64,000 nt of DNA from Octopus sinensis. Taxonomy: Eukaryota. The stretch is taken from NCBI RefSeq assembly GCF_006345805.1, contig NC_043013.1, positions 22,940,001 to 23,004,000 on the forward strand, given 5' to 3'. Under the pieces are notes generated by a model, which had not been told where the DNA came from, ran no database searches, and was given only the letters and a program-made list of their open reading frames with translations. Positions 12,213 to 26,290 of the stretch are shown here, one piece after another (the stretch's first letter is position 1; each line of letters opens with the position of its first letter). The translations under genes were made by a program, and so were the position numbers.

Positions 12213-12947
12213 TCATTTTGCCAGTTAGCCAATAAAAACACATGCACTATATATTTGGTGTTACTTTGCTACAGTGTTATTTATTTTTTACATTAAACTT
12301 AATCTTATTTCGGCCAGAGTTCTTTCGTCACATCCTGTGACCGCATCAGTGGTCCTTTGCTTTCTTCTTTCTTATTTGTGTGTCTCTCCTTATTAACCGT
12401 CTTCCATTGGCTAAACTGACAAACAACATAAAGAACGCCCCTTCATCAGTTGTTGGCTGTTTTTCTACTCTCGTATTTCGAACATTTAACAACAATATAC
12501 ACTTTCGATAAAATAGTTGCTCCCGCAAAGCAAATTAAATAAAATTTGGTATTTTGCGGAGGGTCAAAATTGGTAACACAAACAGGACATTGAAGACAAA
12601 CAGAAATGGCTGCTAAGCCTAAACGAGGTTGTGGTGGCGAACGCGTAAATCAAGCTTGGATAGGAGATAGTCAAAAACATGTCTTCCTTGTTCCAGCTAC
12701 AACGAAGAGAAGGAAAGAAACACAAGAAAGAAAGATGGTCGATGGTCACGTGCGAGCCACGTGAGCAAGGGAGGAAGAGTGAGGGAGAGAGAGTGATAGA
12801 GTAATAGGAGAGAATAGTGGGAGAAGAAGAGGTAAAAGAATAAGAGAGAAAAAGAGAGAAAAACGAAAGAGTAAAAATATCGTATAGAGTGCGCATCAGA
12901 ATTATTACAATAAAACCTACTTGGAAGATGATGCGTGGCATTCAACC
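12213..12947 (-). mobile_element. Penelope-like 3' region/pLTR with hammerhead-like motif
   Basis: Flanked by (TA)n; hammerhead-like fold at 12312-12355 on the minus strand; 5' edge reads LNA, compatible with a PLE GLN terminus. Confidence 0.5.
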
Positions 12948-13220
12948 ATATAATAATATAAATAATATATATATATATTATTTATATTATATATATGTAT
13001 GTATATATGTATATATACATATGTGTATACATATATATGCACATATATATACACACATACATATAGATAGATAGACGGACAGATAGGCAGATACATACAT
13101 GCATATATACACACACATAGATATATATATACACACACACACACATATATATATACATACATACATACATACATAGATACATACATACATACATACATAC
13201 ATACATACATACATACATAC

Positions 13221-13251
<31 letters not shown>

Positions 13252-13257
13252 CATACA

Positions 13258-13432
13258 TGCTGGCAGAATCTTTAGCACTCCAGGCAAAATGCTTACGTTG
13301 TGAGTTCAAATTCCGACGAGGTCGACTTCGCCTTTCATTCATTCTGGATCGATGAAATAAAGTACCAAATGAGCACTGGGGTCGGTGTAATCCTCGAAAT
13401 TGTTGACCCTGTGCCAAAATTTGAAACCAATT
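13258..13432 (+). mobile_element. SINE family A, truncated copy
   Basis: GCTGGCAGAA...GAGTTCAAATTCC...GCCTTTCAT...AAGTACCA. Confidence 0.75.
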
Positions 13433-13460
13433 ATATATATACATACAGATAGATAGATAA

Positions 13461-13575
<115 letters not shown>

Positions 13576-13669
13576 TCATAAGGCACTTAGCATTGGTTGT
13601 CCCGGAGACGGGAGGCTAAAACATGGTAGCTGTATCTCGAATTGTAAGATGTGACCTTCAAATTTCTTA

Positions 13670-13927
<258 letters not shown>

Positions 13928-14312
13928 TTATGCCCATCTCGCCAGTTAAAATCAGTAACTGGTTTATTTCTTCTGTAATAAATAACAGAAATATCTTCTA
14001 CGTACCAACTTAGAGTTATACAGATCGAATTACAAAATATATCTTACACTTCGCTTTTACGATAATGGCTAACGTTGATAACAACGCCAACACTGACACA
14101 ATAACACGCAGTGCAAACAACAGCTTTAAGTTAGTTAAGATGATGAATGTTCTCTTCTCGCTTCGCTTGGTCTTTATATTTAAATCAAAATTTACTGATA
14201 TGAAGCGGCAAAAAAACACAGGGACGAAATTTTCCTGAGCTTAAATTTTTTTTCACGGCAAAACAACTTTAGCAACAAACATCTTTGTTGGGAAAGAAAA
14301 TAACAGTCACGT

Positions 14313-14698
14313 GGGGAAGCACTCTGTCAGTTACGACGACGAGGGTTCCGGTTGATCCGATCAACGGAACAGCCTGCTCGTGAAATTAACGTGTAAGTGG
14401 CTGAGCACTCCACAGACACGTGTACCCTTAACGTAGTTCTCGGGGATATTCAGCGTGACACAGAGAGTGACAAGGCCGACCCTTTGAAATACAGGTACAA
14501 CAGAAACAGGAAGTAAGAGTGAGAGAAAGTTGTGGTGAAAGAGTACAGCAGGGATCACCACCATCCCCTGCCGGAGCCTCGTGGAGCTTTAGGTGTTTTC
14601 GCTCAATAAACACTCACAACGCCCGGTCTGGGAATCGAAACCGCGATCCTACGACCGCGAGTCCGCTGCCCTAACCACTGGGCCATTGCGCCTCCACT
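14313..14698 (-). mobile_element. Full-length SINE family B (tRNA-like head, possibly Arg-derived) with 12-bp TSD
   Basis: TSD TAACAGTCACGT at 14301-14312 and 14699-14710; A-box TGGCCCAGTGG; B-box GGTTTCGATTCCC. Confidence 0.92.
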
Positions 14699-15214
14699 TA
14701 ACAGTCACGTATAGCAATTGTTATTCCCTCCTAAACGATCTCATCAAAACTCGGCCAAAATTTGTCATATGACAGATCGAAAATAATGTAAACGAGCCGC
14801 TGCCGCCATCACACACATATATCTCCACGTATAACCGATTCGAAAGAGACAGCGATGGAATATATTCAACTTAAGAACATTTTGAAACAAGGTTTTCAAA
14901 ATACTTTTCTGGTTGTCGTTTGAGTGGTGAGATTTAACGAGATTTAACGAGATTTAAGAAAAAGCCATCCACCTTAATGTTACAAGTTATCGATGATTCT
15001 GTTGGAGAGCACAAGAAATCTTGTGGTGTTAATTACTGAACAATTAATACCTTCAGAAACACCGAAAAGATAAAACAATTATAATCTCTTATGTTGGAAA
15101 AAGAATTCAGAAAAACAAATATTATCAAGAGAACGATCTGAAAACTGAAGATCTTGCGGCTGGTTTTGTACTCAATGAGATACAGTGGGGAGAATGGAAA
15201 TACAAAAACTTTTA

Positions 15215-15355
15215 TTAGGTTGTCCCAAAAGTTCGTAAACACTTGCGAAAATTGAATTTTTACTCGCCAAGTACTAACAAAAACAGCAAAAATTATTCCT
15301 CAAAATAAAGACCATTATTTTCCAAGACTTTCTACGAACTTTTGGGACAACCTTA
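15215..15355. mobile_element. Mariner-type MITE
   Basis: Perfect 21-bp inverted repeats AGGTTGTCCCAAAAGTTCGTA at 15217-15237 and 15333-15353; TA dinucleotides flank the element. Confidence 0.85.
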
Positions 15356-16711
15356 TATTTCCAGAATCCCACAGTTTCTGATCCTTAAACCAAGAAATCT
15401 AAAGAAATATTACTATCAATGAAATAGTAAACAATCTCAGTGAGTTTCAGCCTCTACACTCCTGTGAAGATTAAAAAGGAGCAGATAGATCGCACAAAAA
15501 TAAAACCATTCGAAGTATTTCAAACTTACTTATAGAAAACCCTAGAGACGAGAAGACCCGGAGTCCGACCAAGATATTTTTCGAGAATTTGAACCCTAGT
15601 CAGGTTCGTTTTGCCTGAGACTGATTCTTTCATTCATATTTGTTCCGCTATTTCCACACTAGAATCCTTTAATTCATTCACTGCTCTCTTATTAGCTTTT
15701 TCTGTTTTGTTTTGGCTTCTTTGATGACATTTTACATAATTTAATTTTAGTTAATTGATAAAATATACTTTTTACTGTAGTTTAAACTTTTGGGGAAAAA
15801 ACTGAGAGTTTTTTTTTATCTTTTATAGTTTGTGATATTTTTAATGCAAAAATTGTTGCTGTGAAAAGAGTGAACAGAAAAAGAGTGCAAAGGCAGGAGT
15901 TATATTCTGAATTAATGGGACATGGAAATTACAGGAAAAGAAATGATAGCTTTAAAAAATTGCAGCTGAAGTTGGGAATAACATTTTTTTTAGATATATT
16001 GCTTTTAGTCTCGTTCAGATGTAAAAGTATACCCTTCTTCGGATTCTAATTCCTCCCCACCACGAAGAAAATTCTTATATCTATTCCCAGTAAAATAAAA
16101 TATGGCGAACGATTGGCGGAGGTAGAAGCCCATGTGTCTACTGGAGATATAGTCTGACTTTCAAGGTTTTAAAAATGCGCAGCTACCTTCCTCTCATGTT
16201 TTTTTCCAACTATAGCTAAGCTTAAATTTAGGAATACGGAAATGTGAACTCATTTAATGGGGGTGAAGAGAGACGGGAATGTACATTTCTTGGTTAGTAA
16301 CAATCAACTAAGCAGTAATATCCTGTCAGCTAAGATATCATGAAATATAAATGGGGGTTTAGCGAGGTTTACCTTCCTTCATTAAAAAATGAAAATTTAT
16401 CCCTATTAGGGACAAACAGTTTGGGACGTATGCTCACGAAGCTCTAGAAACATTCGCAACATTGAGTTTTTGATGGACAGAAATTCCTCCCACCAAAACT
16501 CATGTGCTCTATAAAGCTTGACAAACAAAATTATTCCCCCCAAAGTGCACAAAATTTGAATTATTTTCTTCAGACTCGGAATAAACCATTAGACGAGGTT
16601 TCAGTTGGATATATACATGAGAGGGCGCTGCGGTGAAAGAGAGAAACCCACCCTTCAACATGTTTCCCAAACACATATTAGTGGTCTCTTTAATCTTTTC
16701 CCAACTTTTTG

Positions 16712-16718
16712 AATAATA

Positions 16719-16767
<49 letters not shown>

Positions 16768-17013
16768 CGACGACGACGACGACGACGACGACGGCGACGC
16801 GGCGGCGGCGGCGGCGATGATGATGATGATGATGACGATGACGATGACGACGACGACGATGTTGGTGATGATGATGAGGAGGAGGAGGAGGAGGAGGAGG
16901 AGGAGGAGAAGGAGGAGGAGGATGACGATGATGATGATGATGACGATGATGACGATGATGACGATGATGATGACGATGATGACGATGATGATGATGATGA
17001 TGATGATGATGAT
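16712..17013. repeat. Compound trinucleotide microsatellite (GAT/GAC/GGC/GAG)
   Basis: Directly visible. Confidence 0.95.
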
Positions 17014-17129
17014 AAACAGGAAAATTAAAGGCGGCAGTGAAGAAGTAGAGCAAAGTGTAAATGTAAAGACATTCTCGGTTAATGAAGCAGAAGTAATAAG
17101 AAAAGCTGTATCACAGACAAGACATAATG

Positions 17130-18773
17130 CGGACGCTGTGTAGACCAGGATCAAGCAGCCACCACCTCAACCTGAAGGTACATTGACCGACGCAAGCGCA
17201 AGGTTGAAACCGAAAAGATAGATTCGGTTCTTGGGCTGTTCCAGACGAGAAATATAACTGAAACTACAAAGATTATTTGGGCTGCAGCTATGGTTACTGC
17301 AGCTAGAGTTGGATACAAAAGAAGAGAACAAACAGATCGTAAAGAACCGTTCTGGCGTAGACGAATTTGTGAGAACCAAACAAAGCTAAAGCCATTTAGG
17401 ACAAGTTGATAGATTGAAAAGAGGAGAATTGCAGAGCGAAAGCATAAGAATAAAGCTGGAAAGAACATATAGAATAAAAGATAAAGGGTATGATGTGATA
17501 TTGGAAGATTTGAAACAAAGAAGAGTAGGAGCAATCAAAGCAAAAGAGGAAAGATATGACAATAAATAAAAATAATTCAAGCAGAACGGATTGTTTGAAG
17601 CAAATCAGAAGGAACTGTTTTAGGAACTAGATGGGCAAATACACGTAACAATGATACCAGATGCAGAGAAAAGCGGGACATTCTGGAGTGTGATCTAGTA
17701 CTACCCTGTAGAGCATAATAATGAGGCGGAGTGGCTGCATGAAATCTAAGATAGGTTAAGAAATATAGAAGGCCTAGAAATGGAGGGAGAGGACTGATAA
17801 ATGTAGAAGACTGCGTGCGTATCGAACTCGAGAGTTTAATGAGATACCTAGCCCAAAGTAAGGAAACCTTGCTAGTGACAGTTAAGAACGAGGGAGGAGT
17901 TTTGAAAGCAGAGAAAAAAGGATAAACAAAGGAAGAAGTACAAAAAGGGCATGATGAAGAACTACGCAAGAAGGGGCTACGCAATCAATTCAATATAGCC
18001 AAAACACATGTTACCGGGAAAAAATAGATGGGATTGGCTGATGAAAGGAACCCTAAAAAATGAAACCGAGAACTCTATACTGGCAGCGCAGGACCAAGCT
18101 TTGGCCACGAACGGCATCTGCAATAGAGTGGGTGAAATCATTACACATATCATAAACGAATGCCCTAGACGTGCCCAAAACCACTACAAGTTGTGGCGAC
18201 ACGATCAGGTAGCGAAAGTGCTACATTGGAAACTGTGTCAAAAGTGGGGGCTAGAGAGAGGCAAGACCTAGTACGAACACAAACCGCAGAGGGTGGCGGA
18301 GTCGGAGACTAGCAAAATCCTCTGGAATTTCCCAGTCCAAACAGATCAGGTGCTAGAGCATAACTGACCAGGCCTAGTGGTGGTGGACAAAGTGCACTAC
18401 ATATGCTATATAGTTGATGCTGCATTCCCCTTTGACCCACGAATAGTCAAGAAGAAAGGCGAAAAGATAGAAGGATACAATCCTCTTAAGCACGAAATAG
18501 CCCGGCAATGGAAAATGTAGAAGGTGAAGATAGTGCCAATTATTTTTGGGTCCTTGGGAACGGTATTAGAAGGTATCAAGAAAAATATAAAGGAAATTGG
18601 TATAGAGTTTCCGGTAGAACTGTTACAAAACTTTTGCCTCCTTGGCACGACCAGAATAATCAGGAAAGTATTAGCTGAAAAGAACGGATAGCATGGTACC
18701 CTAGGCTGCTGGTAGTAAACCCGCCACGCATGCAAGACTCAAGGAGCTCCAACAAAGCCTATGATAAAAAGAA

Positions 18774-18775
<2 letters not shown>
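17130..18775 (+). mobile_element. Internally deleted R4/Dong-clade LINE ending in (AAT)n
   Basis: Pre-RT motifs EPFWRRRI and HNNEAEWL, then GGRGLINVEDC, ILAAQDQALATN, HIINEC..RHDQVA..HW.LC, KILWNF, IVPIIFGSLG; (AAT)n at 18776-18841. Confidence 0.85.
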
Positions 18776-18819
<44 letters not shown>

Positions 18820-18999
18820 TAATAATAATAATAATAATAATGTCTTTACCATCATCACTACCATCATTACTATTTAATAACACTTTGACTCTATACGTCT
18901 TAAAGTCTCGTAAGCTCTTAGAACGAACCTATCCCGTAATTTCTGACAAATGTGTTGAGCGTTATTTTCTTTCGTTTTTTTTATCCACTCATATATAAT

Positions 19000-19047
<48 letters not shown>

Positions 19048-19635
19048 GTGTGTGTGTGTGTGTGGTGTGTGTGTGTGTGTGTGCCACAGAACCTCCCAGA
19101 ACTAGACACCGATATCTAAGCGTTATCTGAGCTTAATAAGATTATCTATCAAGAAAAACTATTAATATCAATGTAAGTAATCTCCACAAACCACGAATCC
19201 ACAAATATGCATAACAAATATGTATTCCCGTCATCATCAGCTGCCAAACAGATATCATTATGATTTCCACCCCTGACCAGGACCAATCAATTCAGCCGTG
19301 CCAACAGCGTTAAAAAAAACATAAGCAATACATTAGTATATGTCCATTAGGCCAATACCTGCCTATTACTACCGGCAACAACATCAAATTAAGCGAGTAT
19401 TATTTACTTATAGTTAAAAAAACAATATCTATAAAAGCGAGAAATTACTCGTAAAATATGACAGTGTGATTCAAATATTGGAATACAAAGGAACCGGCGA
19501 ATTAACATATTATCACTCGATGTGACATCAAGTCAAGACTACGAGGCCTTGTTTCTTAAGCTATATCATATCACAAACATGAAACATGAAACCACACCCA
19601 AAACTAGCTTGATGAAACTTACTGGTGGAATATAC

Positions 19636-19740
<105 letters not shown>

Positions 19741-19760
19741 ATACATATATATATATACAT

Positions 19761-20442
19761 ATTATTTAATGGACACAATACCTGTTTTTATGTGCTACTA
19801 TATTTTTTATATTTACAGGAATAGAAGGAAGAAAGGAACACAGGTTCCTTAATCAGAGTGGCCCGGTCGGATGAAACACAGGCGTGGGAACAACAGAACG
19901 ACCCAGCTTCAAATCCTGCATGAGACAAGATTTTGGAGAGCAGATGGAGGACACCGAGAAGTCATGACCTGGTGGGTCCGGCTCCCGTAGAGTGTCAGAC
20001 ACATGGGCCGAAACACTTGCCAGATGGGAGTTCTTCCTCTGAAGATCTCACCTACTGTGCGCTCGCCTTGCAGCGAGTTTCTGCTATCCATATATACATA
20101 TATATATATACATATTATTTAATGGACACAATACCTGTTTTTATGTGCTACTATATTTTTTATATTTACAGGAATAAAGGAAGAAAGGAACACAGGTTCC
20201 TTAATCAGAGTGGCCCGGTCGGATGAAACACAGGCGTGGGAACAACAGAACGACCCAGCTTCAAATCCTGCATGAGACAAGATTTTGGAGAGCAGATGGA
20301 GGACACCGAGAAGTCATGACCTGGGTGGGTCCGGCTCCCGTAGAGTGTCAGACACATGGGCCGAAACACTTGCCAGATGGGAGTTCTTCCTCTGAAGATC
20401 TCACCTACTGTGCGCTCGCCTTGCAGCGAGTTTCTGCTATCC

Positions 20443-20443
<1 letters not shown>
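19761..20443. repeat. Tandem duplication of a ~330-bp unit (period 353) separated by (TA)n
   Basis: 19761-20090 and 20114-20443 are near-identical, differing mainly by 1-bp indels. Confidence 0.95.
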
Positions 20444-20541
<98 letters not shown>

Positions 20542-20692
20542 CTGTAGAGAGAGAGAGAGTTTTTGCTATACATATGTGTGTATGTGTGTGTTTGTATTTA
20601 TATTCTATCTATACATATGCGAAGATACGAAGGAACGTTTAAGTATTTATATATATATATCTTGTAAAATTAAATAACTCGATAAGATTTAT

Positions 20693-20850
<158 letters not shown>

Positions 20851-20926
20851 GCATCATTAAGTGGAACATTGAATAATAGACCAACTGTTTCTTCCTATGC
20901 GTCAGTTGCTTCAACTCCTACTGTTT

Positions 20927-21070
20927 GTACGAAGTGAGGGCTGAAAAGTTCCTGGCTTTGAGTTCAAAAAATACAGGAGGATCATGTAATTATGATTTTA
21001 TTCAACATATTCCCTGCTCAGATTCACACACTTATTGCAGTGGTCCTTCAGTTTTTCTAAACCCTGTAAA
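20927..21070 (-). mobile_element. Mariner 3' end fragment with TIR
   Basis: Minus strand GLEKLKDHCNKCVNL..EYVE* (typical mariner C-terminus); TIR-like GCTGAAAAGTTCCTGGC. Confidence 0.7.
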
Positions 21071-21799
21071 AGAGCTCGGGTGGGTTGCGCCTCCGACTCG
21101 GCCTTTCGCGATACTCTTAAAGTCAGGAACTCTTCAGCACTCCCTCGAATAATTAGAAGAATAAATGGGAACCATCAAAATGCCAAGTTCCACGTAGACA
21201 GTATGGCTTTCTTATCCTAGACTCAGTTATTCCGATCACCTAGTTTAAGCATATCTCTGAAAATTATGAACAATCTCTTATTTTTCCTGAGAACGTTAAG
21301 AAAATATAGGAGAGGGATATGTGAAATTTAATGAGTTAACATGCAGTGTTACGAAACGGAGGTAAAGAAAGAAAATGGGGACAATACATATAATCATCGC
21401 AAGCACCCCCCCCCCTGGTCTTGTAGATCGAAATAACCGGATAATATTAATGTTGTTTATTTTCCCCATTAATTAGTGTGGATTAGTAAAGTCATTAAGA
21501 TAATCGCTAGAAAATCAGATGTACGTTATTCGGATATATATAAACGCATAAACGTCCTTCCGTATTTTCACATGTTTATAGATACAACATAAACACAACT
21601 TTATGTGCATAAAAGCAACAACAGTACACAGAACGATGAGGCATTTATAAGGAATATAGTAACATAAGCGAACATTTGAACATTTAAATACGCCTACATA
21701 GAATGAAAGTTGAATTAATTACATCAAACTAATTACACTTCAAATAAAGATAGAAAGAAATACGCACTGAAACGTATTCACATATTTACATTTATAAAT

Positions 21800-22551
<752 letters not shown>

Positions 22552-22559
22552 AAATAAAA

Positions 22560-23300
22560 GCACCTAATTTGTTGCCAACGATGTCTGTAGTTGCACATTG
22601 TCATTGCAAATGAGAAGTCCTTTCAAATTTTTCTTTAGTCTCTTTCTTCCAATGGTTCTCTAAGCTTTCTGAATATCTGAGTGTGCTGCTTTTTGTTCGT
22701 GATACAGCCACGTCCCAAAGAATCTAGGAAAATAACACCATTGTCATCTCTCCATAATAGTGACCTGACTCTTGAACTTCAAGGAACCTATCGGTATGTT
22801 GTGGCACCATCCTGTGGACTGATTCCACATTTTTGGATCATAAAGATACAGCCACGTTTCATTCCCCTTTTACCACATCGGAGAAAAACGAGACTTTATT
22901 GACTTCAAATGTTTGTAGCAGATAAGAGCAAACTTCCACCCTTCTCTCCTTCAAATCGGGTGCCATCTACCGAGGAACCTGGTTGACACAAATTTTCCGA
23001 AACCCAAAGTTTTCCACAATCTTTTGTAATGAATTGTGACCAGCAAGCTCACTGAGTGTGACTCGTCTATCCGTGCAAATCAATTCTTCCACTTAATGGC
23101 GATTTAATTTAGTAAACGCTCATTATAGTTTCCTGCTGCGTGGTTTGTCTTCAGTGCTGGTTTCCCTTCCTTTAAACCTCTTTATGCATCTGTGCAGGTT
23201 GCCCTTGTTAATGGTGTCATCCTTACAAACAATCTCCAGCCTTCCGTGGACGCCCATGTCAATAACTTAATGAAGTTACACTGCCTCTGCATGGAACCCA
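22560..23300 (-). mobile_element. Degraded mariner transposase
   Basis: Minus strand: RFKGRETSTEDKPRS, VEELICTDRRVT, LGFRKICVNQVPR (WVP-like), GNETWLYLYDPK (DETW-like), DNGVIFLDSL. Confidence 0.8.
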
Positions 23301-24504
23301 TTATTTATCTGCAACGAAAAGAGATGAGGAAAAAGATTTACGATAGAGAAGGTGTTACTCTGTCAACATGCGACATTTAAACGAAGTACATCAGTTAAAT
23401 AAAATACGTGTGAGTGTATGTATGTAAATGGATATACACGTTTGTGTGTGCGTGTGTGCGCGCGTGCGTGTGTGTGTGTGGATGTCAGCGAGAGCACCGA
23501 TAAAACAACGGTGCTCTTTGAGTAAAGACCACGACGATGCTTGTTCTATATTGAGATATACAGACTCTTCTGTCATTCTTCAGGGCAGAAATACATGCAG
23601 CCAATGACTGACCTGTTGAAGTACTGGAACCAACGGCGCCATTATACTCCAATTGCGATATAATATAAATAAATCTCTTCATATGAAGTCATCTTTTAAT
23701 CGTATCAACCTACGCTCTCTCAGTATGGCAAAAAATATAAAAAAACACTCAGGATTATTTATAGGATTTTTTAATAACATTCTATAATCAATGTTACAAC
23801 CTTCTCGCATGAGGTTTACTTCAGTTATTTCTCAACCATGATAGATGTCAACGACAATGTAATTAATCTTTAGAAATTACCTTAATGAGATCACTCTCGT
23901 ATCTTCAACATTAACCCTTTAGCAAGGCTAATTAATGTTCCAGAATTTCACATTCGTCGCAGAAATAGAAAATAAAAAAAGAAATCGAGTAAATTAATAT
24001 TTTAAAAGTTAAATTTTGCTTTATTTATTATGTTTTTTTTCAAATAGCATGGAGAATAGTTTATTGATGATTTCTGTCTCTCGGCGTACTTCCGGTAAAT
24101 TGCTTGTTGACAACTTCCATAATTAATGAGGGTAAGATATTGTTTTTTATCTAATTAAGTGAATCCATAACTCCGAAAAGGAATCATCCAGATTGCTGCT
24201 GTTGTTGTTGTTGCTATTTAGATGCAGATCAAACCCGATAAAACAAATCTACCCCATCCATACACAAGAACTGTACCCTTCTGTATTACTGCTACAATCT
24301 ATCCGACCGGCTTCTGCACAGTTTCTGACTAACCAACTTCACTCACGAGACTCAAATTGATTCAAGGATACAGAAAAAGACATTTACCTACAGATCCTGC
24401 GATGAAATCGAATCTGGGACTTCAAAATAGGAAAACTAATTTCTTAACCATTCTGCTAGTCTCGCTTCCCCCTCACGCATTGTTAACTAAGTTATCTATT
24501 GGGG

Positions 24505-24546
<42 letters not shown>

Positions 24547-24549
24547 TTA

Positions 24550-25600
24550 TTCTCTTTGCACAGCTTCTAAGGCTGGAGATGTACTACGGTGTCAACCGTT
24601 CACTACCAGTGAACTAAGGTGACATCCCTTATTTTTCGAGCACCCTCCGGAGTATTCGAGTGATTCCAAGCAATGCTGTTTTCTACAAGTGCTCCACCCT
24701 TATTGCAGCCCCTACTACCACCTTTTTCAGTGACCACAACTGCTTAACCTCCCAAGCTAACCTGTCATATCTCTCGCCTTTTCTTTCTTCCTTATCGCAT
24801 ACCTTGTCAGCTGGATATGCTATATCTATGATCCAGTGTCGTTTGCTTTCTTTCTCAATTATCACTATGTCTGGTTTCCTATTCTCTATCTCATGGTCGC
24901 ACCGAATCATAAAATCCCATAGGATCTTTGCATTATCATTTTCGATGATGCCTTCGGGTGTATGTTCGTACCACGTTTTTGCTCTGTTAAGTCCATACTT
25001 GTTGCAAAGTGTCCAATGGACAATCCTTGCTATATTGTCATGACGTCTCTTATATTCCTTCTGGGCTAGTGGCATTCATTGGCTGGTAATATGTCATACG
25101 GTTTCACCATTTTGTCCACAAATTCTGAACTTATCACTTTCTGATGTTCTGTCTATTCTGTATTTGATGTAATTGGTTCATAATGCTTGCTCTTGGGCAG
25201 CACAGATTAGAGCATCCGTTTCCGATTTTAAATTACTATAGCCATCTTTTTTCTCTGTCTGACTTATCTTCAACATCTCTATAAAAGTGTCCATGCATTC
25301 TTTTCTCTATCCACCTATTTTCAGTTTCATTCATTCTCAAGTGCTTGTACGGTGCTTCATTTTTGCAATCTTCTATCCTATGTCCAATAATAGCGGTTCT
25401 TTGGGAATTTTTTACATACCATGCTATGTTCTTTTCTTCTGCTCTAATACTGTGTTCGCATCCAATAAGTCCTCTTCCTCCTCTTTTTCGTGGTACATAC
25501 AGTCTCTCTGTGTCACTTTTTGAGTGGAGTATCCCATATCTAGTCAGCAACTTCCTTGTTTTTCTGTCTAAGTTGTTTAGTTCGTCTACTGTCCATGAAT
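24550..25600 (-). mobile_element. R4/Dong-clade LINE 3' part (CCHC knuckle and RLE endonuclease) with (AAT)n tail
   Basis: GGRGLIGCE, AQEQAL, RRHDNIARIVHW.LC, KILWDF, KPDIV, IIDIA; (TAT)n at 24507-24545. Confidence 0.85.
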
Positions 25601-26290
25601 AACAAGCGGTTGACTTTTTGTTGGCGACTCTTAGTTTGGGTTAGGTATCTCATTAAGCTATCGAGTTTGATACGCAAGTAGTCTTCCACACTTATCAGTC
25701 CCCTTCTTCCATTTGCCCTCTTAATATATAGGTGATCGGTGTCCGCACATGGGTGATGGGTTCCATGCATCGTTAGATGCTTTCGTGCCTTCCTGTCCAT
25801 CTCTTTTAGTTCTTCCTCTGTCCACTTCAGGATTCCAGTGCCATACCGAACTATTGGGACTGCGCGCAGGTTTATTGCCGAAATTATGTTCCTGTCATTT
25901 AGCTTTGAAGTCAGTATTTTTCTTACTTGCCACAGGTATTCTCTTTTTGTCTTTTCCTTCATATCATTGTGTTTGATTCCATCTGCCTCAAGTATTCCCA
26001 GGTATTTATAGCTGAACTGAGGTTGAATTGCTTTCATCATTTCGTCACTTGGCAACCATATGCTTTCTGTTCTGAAAAGGTTTCCTCGTCTCATCACCAT
26101 CGTAGCACCAAGCTCTATCATTGGAGAAAATCCACACAGACTGGACTAGGCTGTCCAGTTCTGCCTCAGTTTTTGAGAAGAGCTTCAGGTTGCCCATGTA
26201 TAGTAAATGGTTTAGTCTTCTCTTACCTCTTCCCAGATCATACACCGACTTTGTTTTCTGTAGTATTTCACTCAAGGGGATCATTTTGAT
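25600..26290 (-). mobile_element. Second R4/Dong-clade fragment (RT C-half and thumb)
   Basis: LNHLLYMGNLKLF (decayed YMDD), YKYLGILE, HLYIKRANGRRGLISVED. Confidence 0.85.

Noticed and set aside
14620-14698. tRNA gene
   Set aside because: The A/B boxes belong to a SINE head: no proper acceptor stem, it continues into a repeated body, and it has a TSD.
19140-19625. Possible ancient Penelope fragment (I*FPP, CPLG.YL-like words)
   Set aside because: Only scattered 3-4 residue resemblances across frameshifts; it needs an HMM search.
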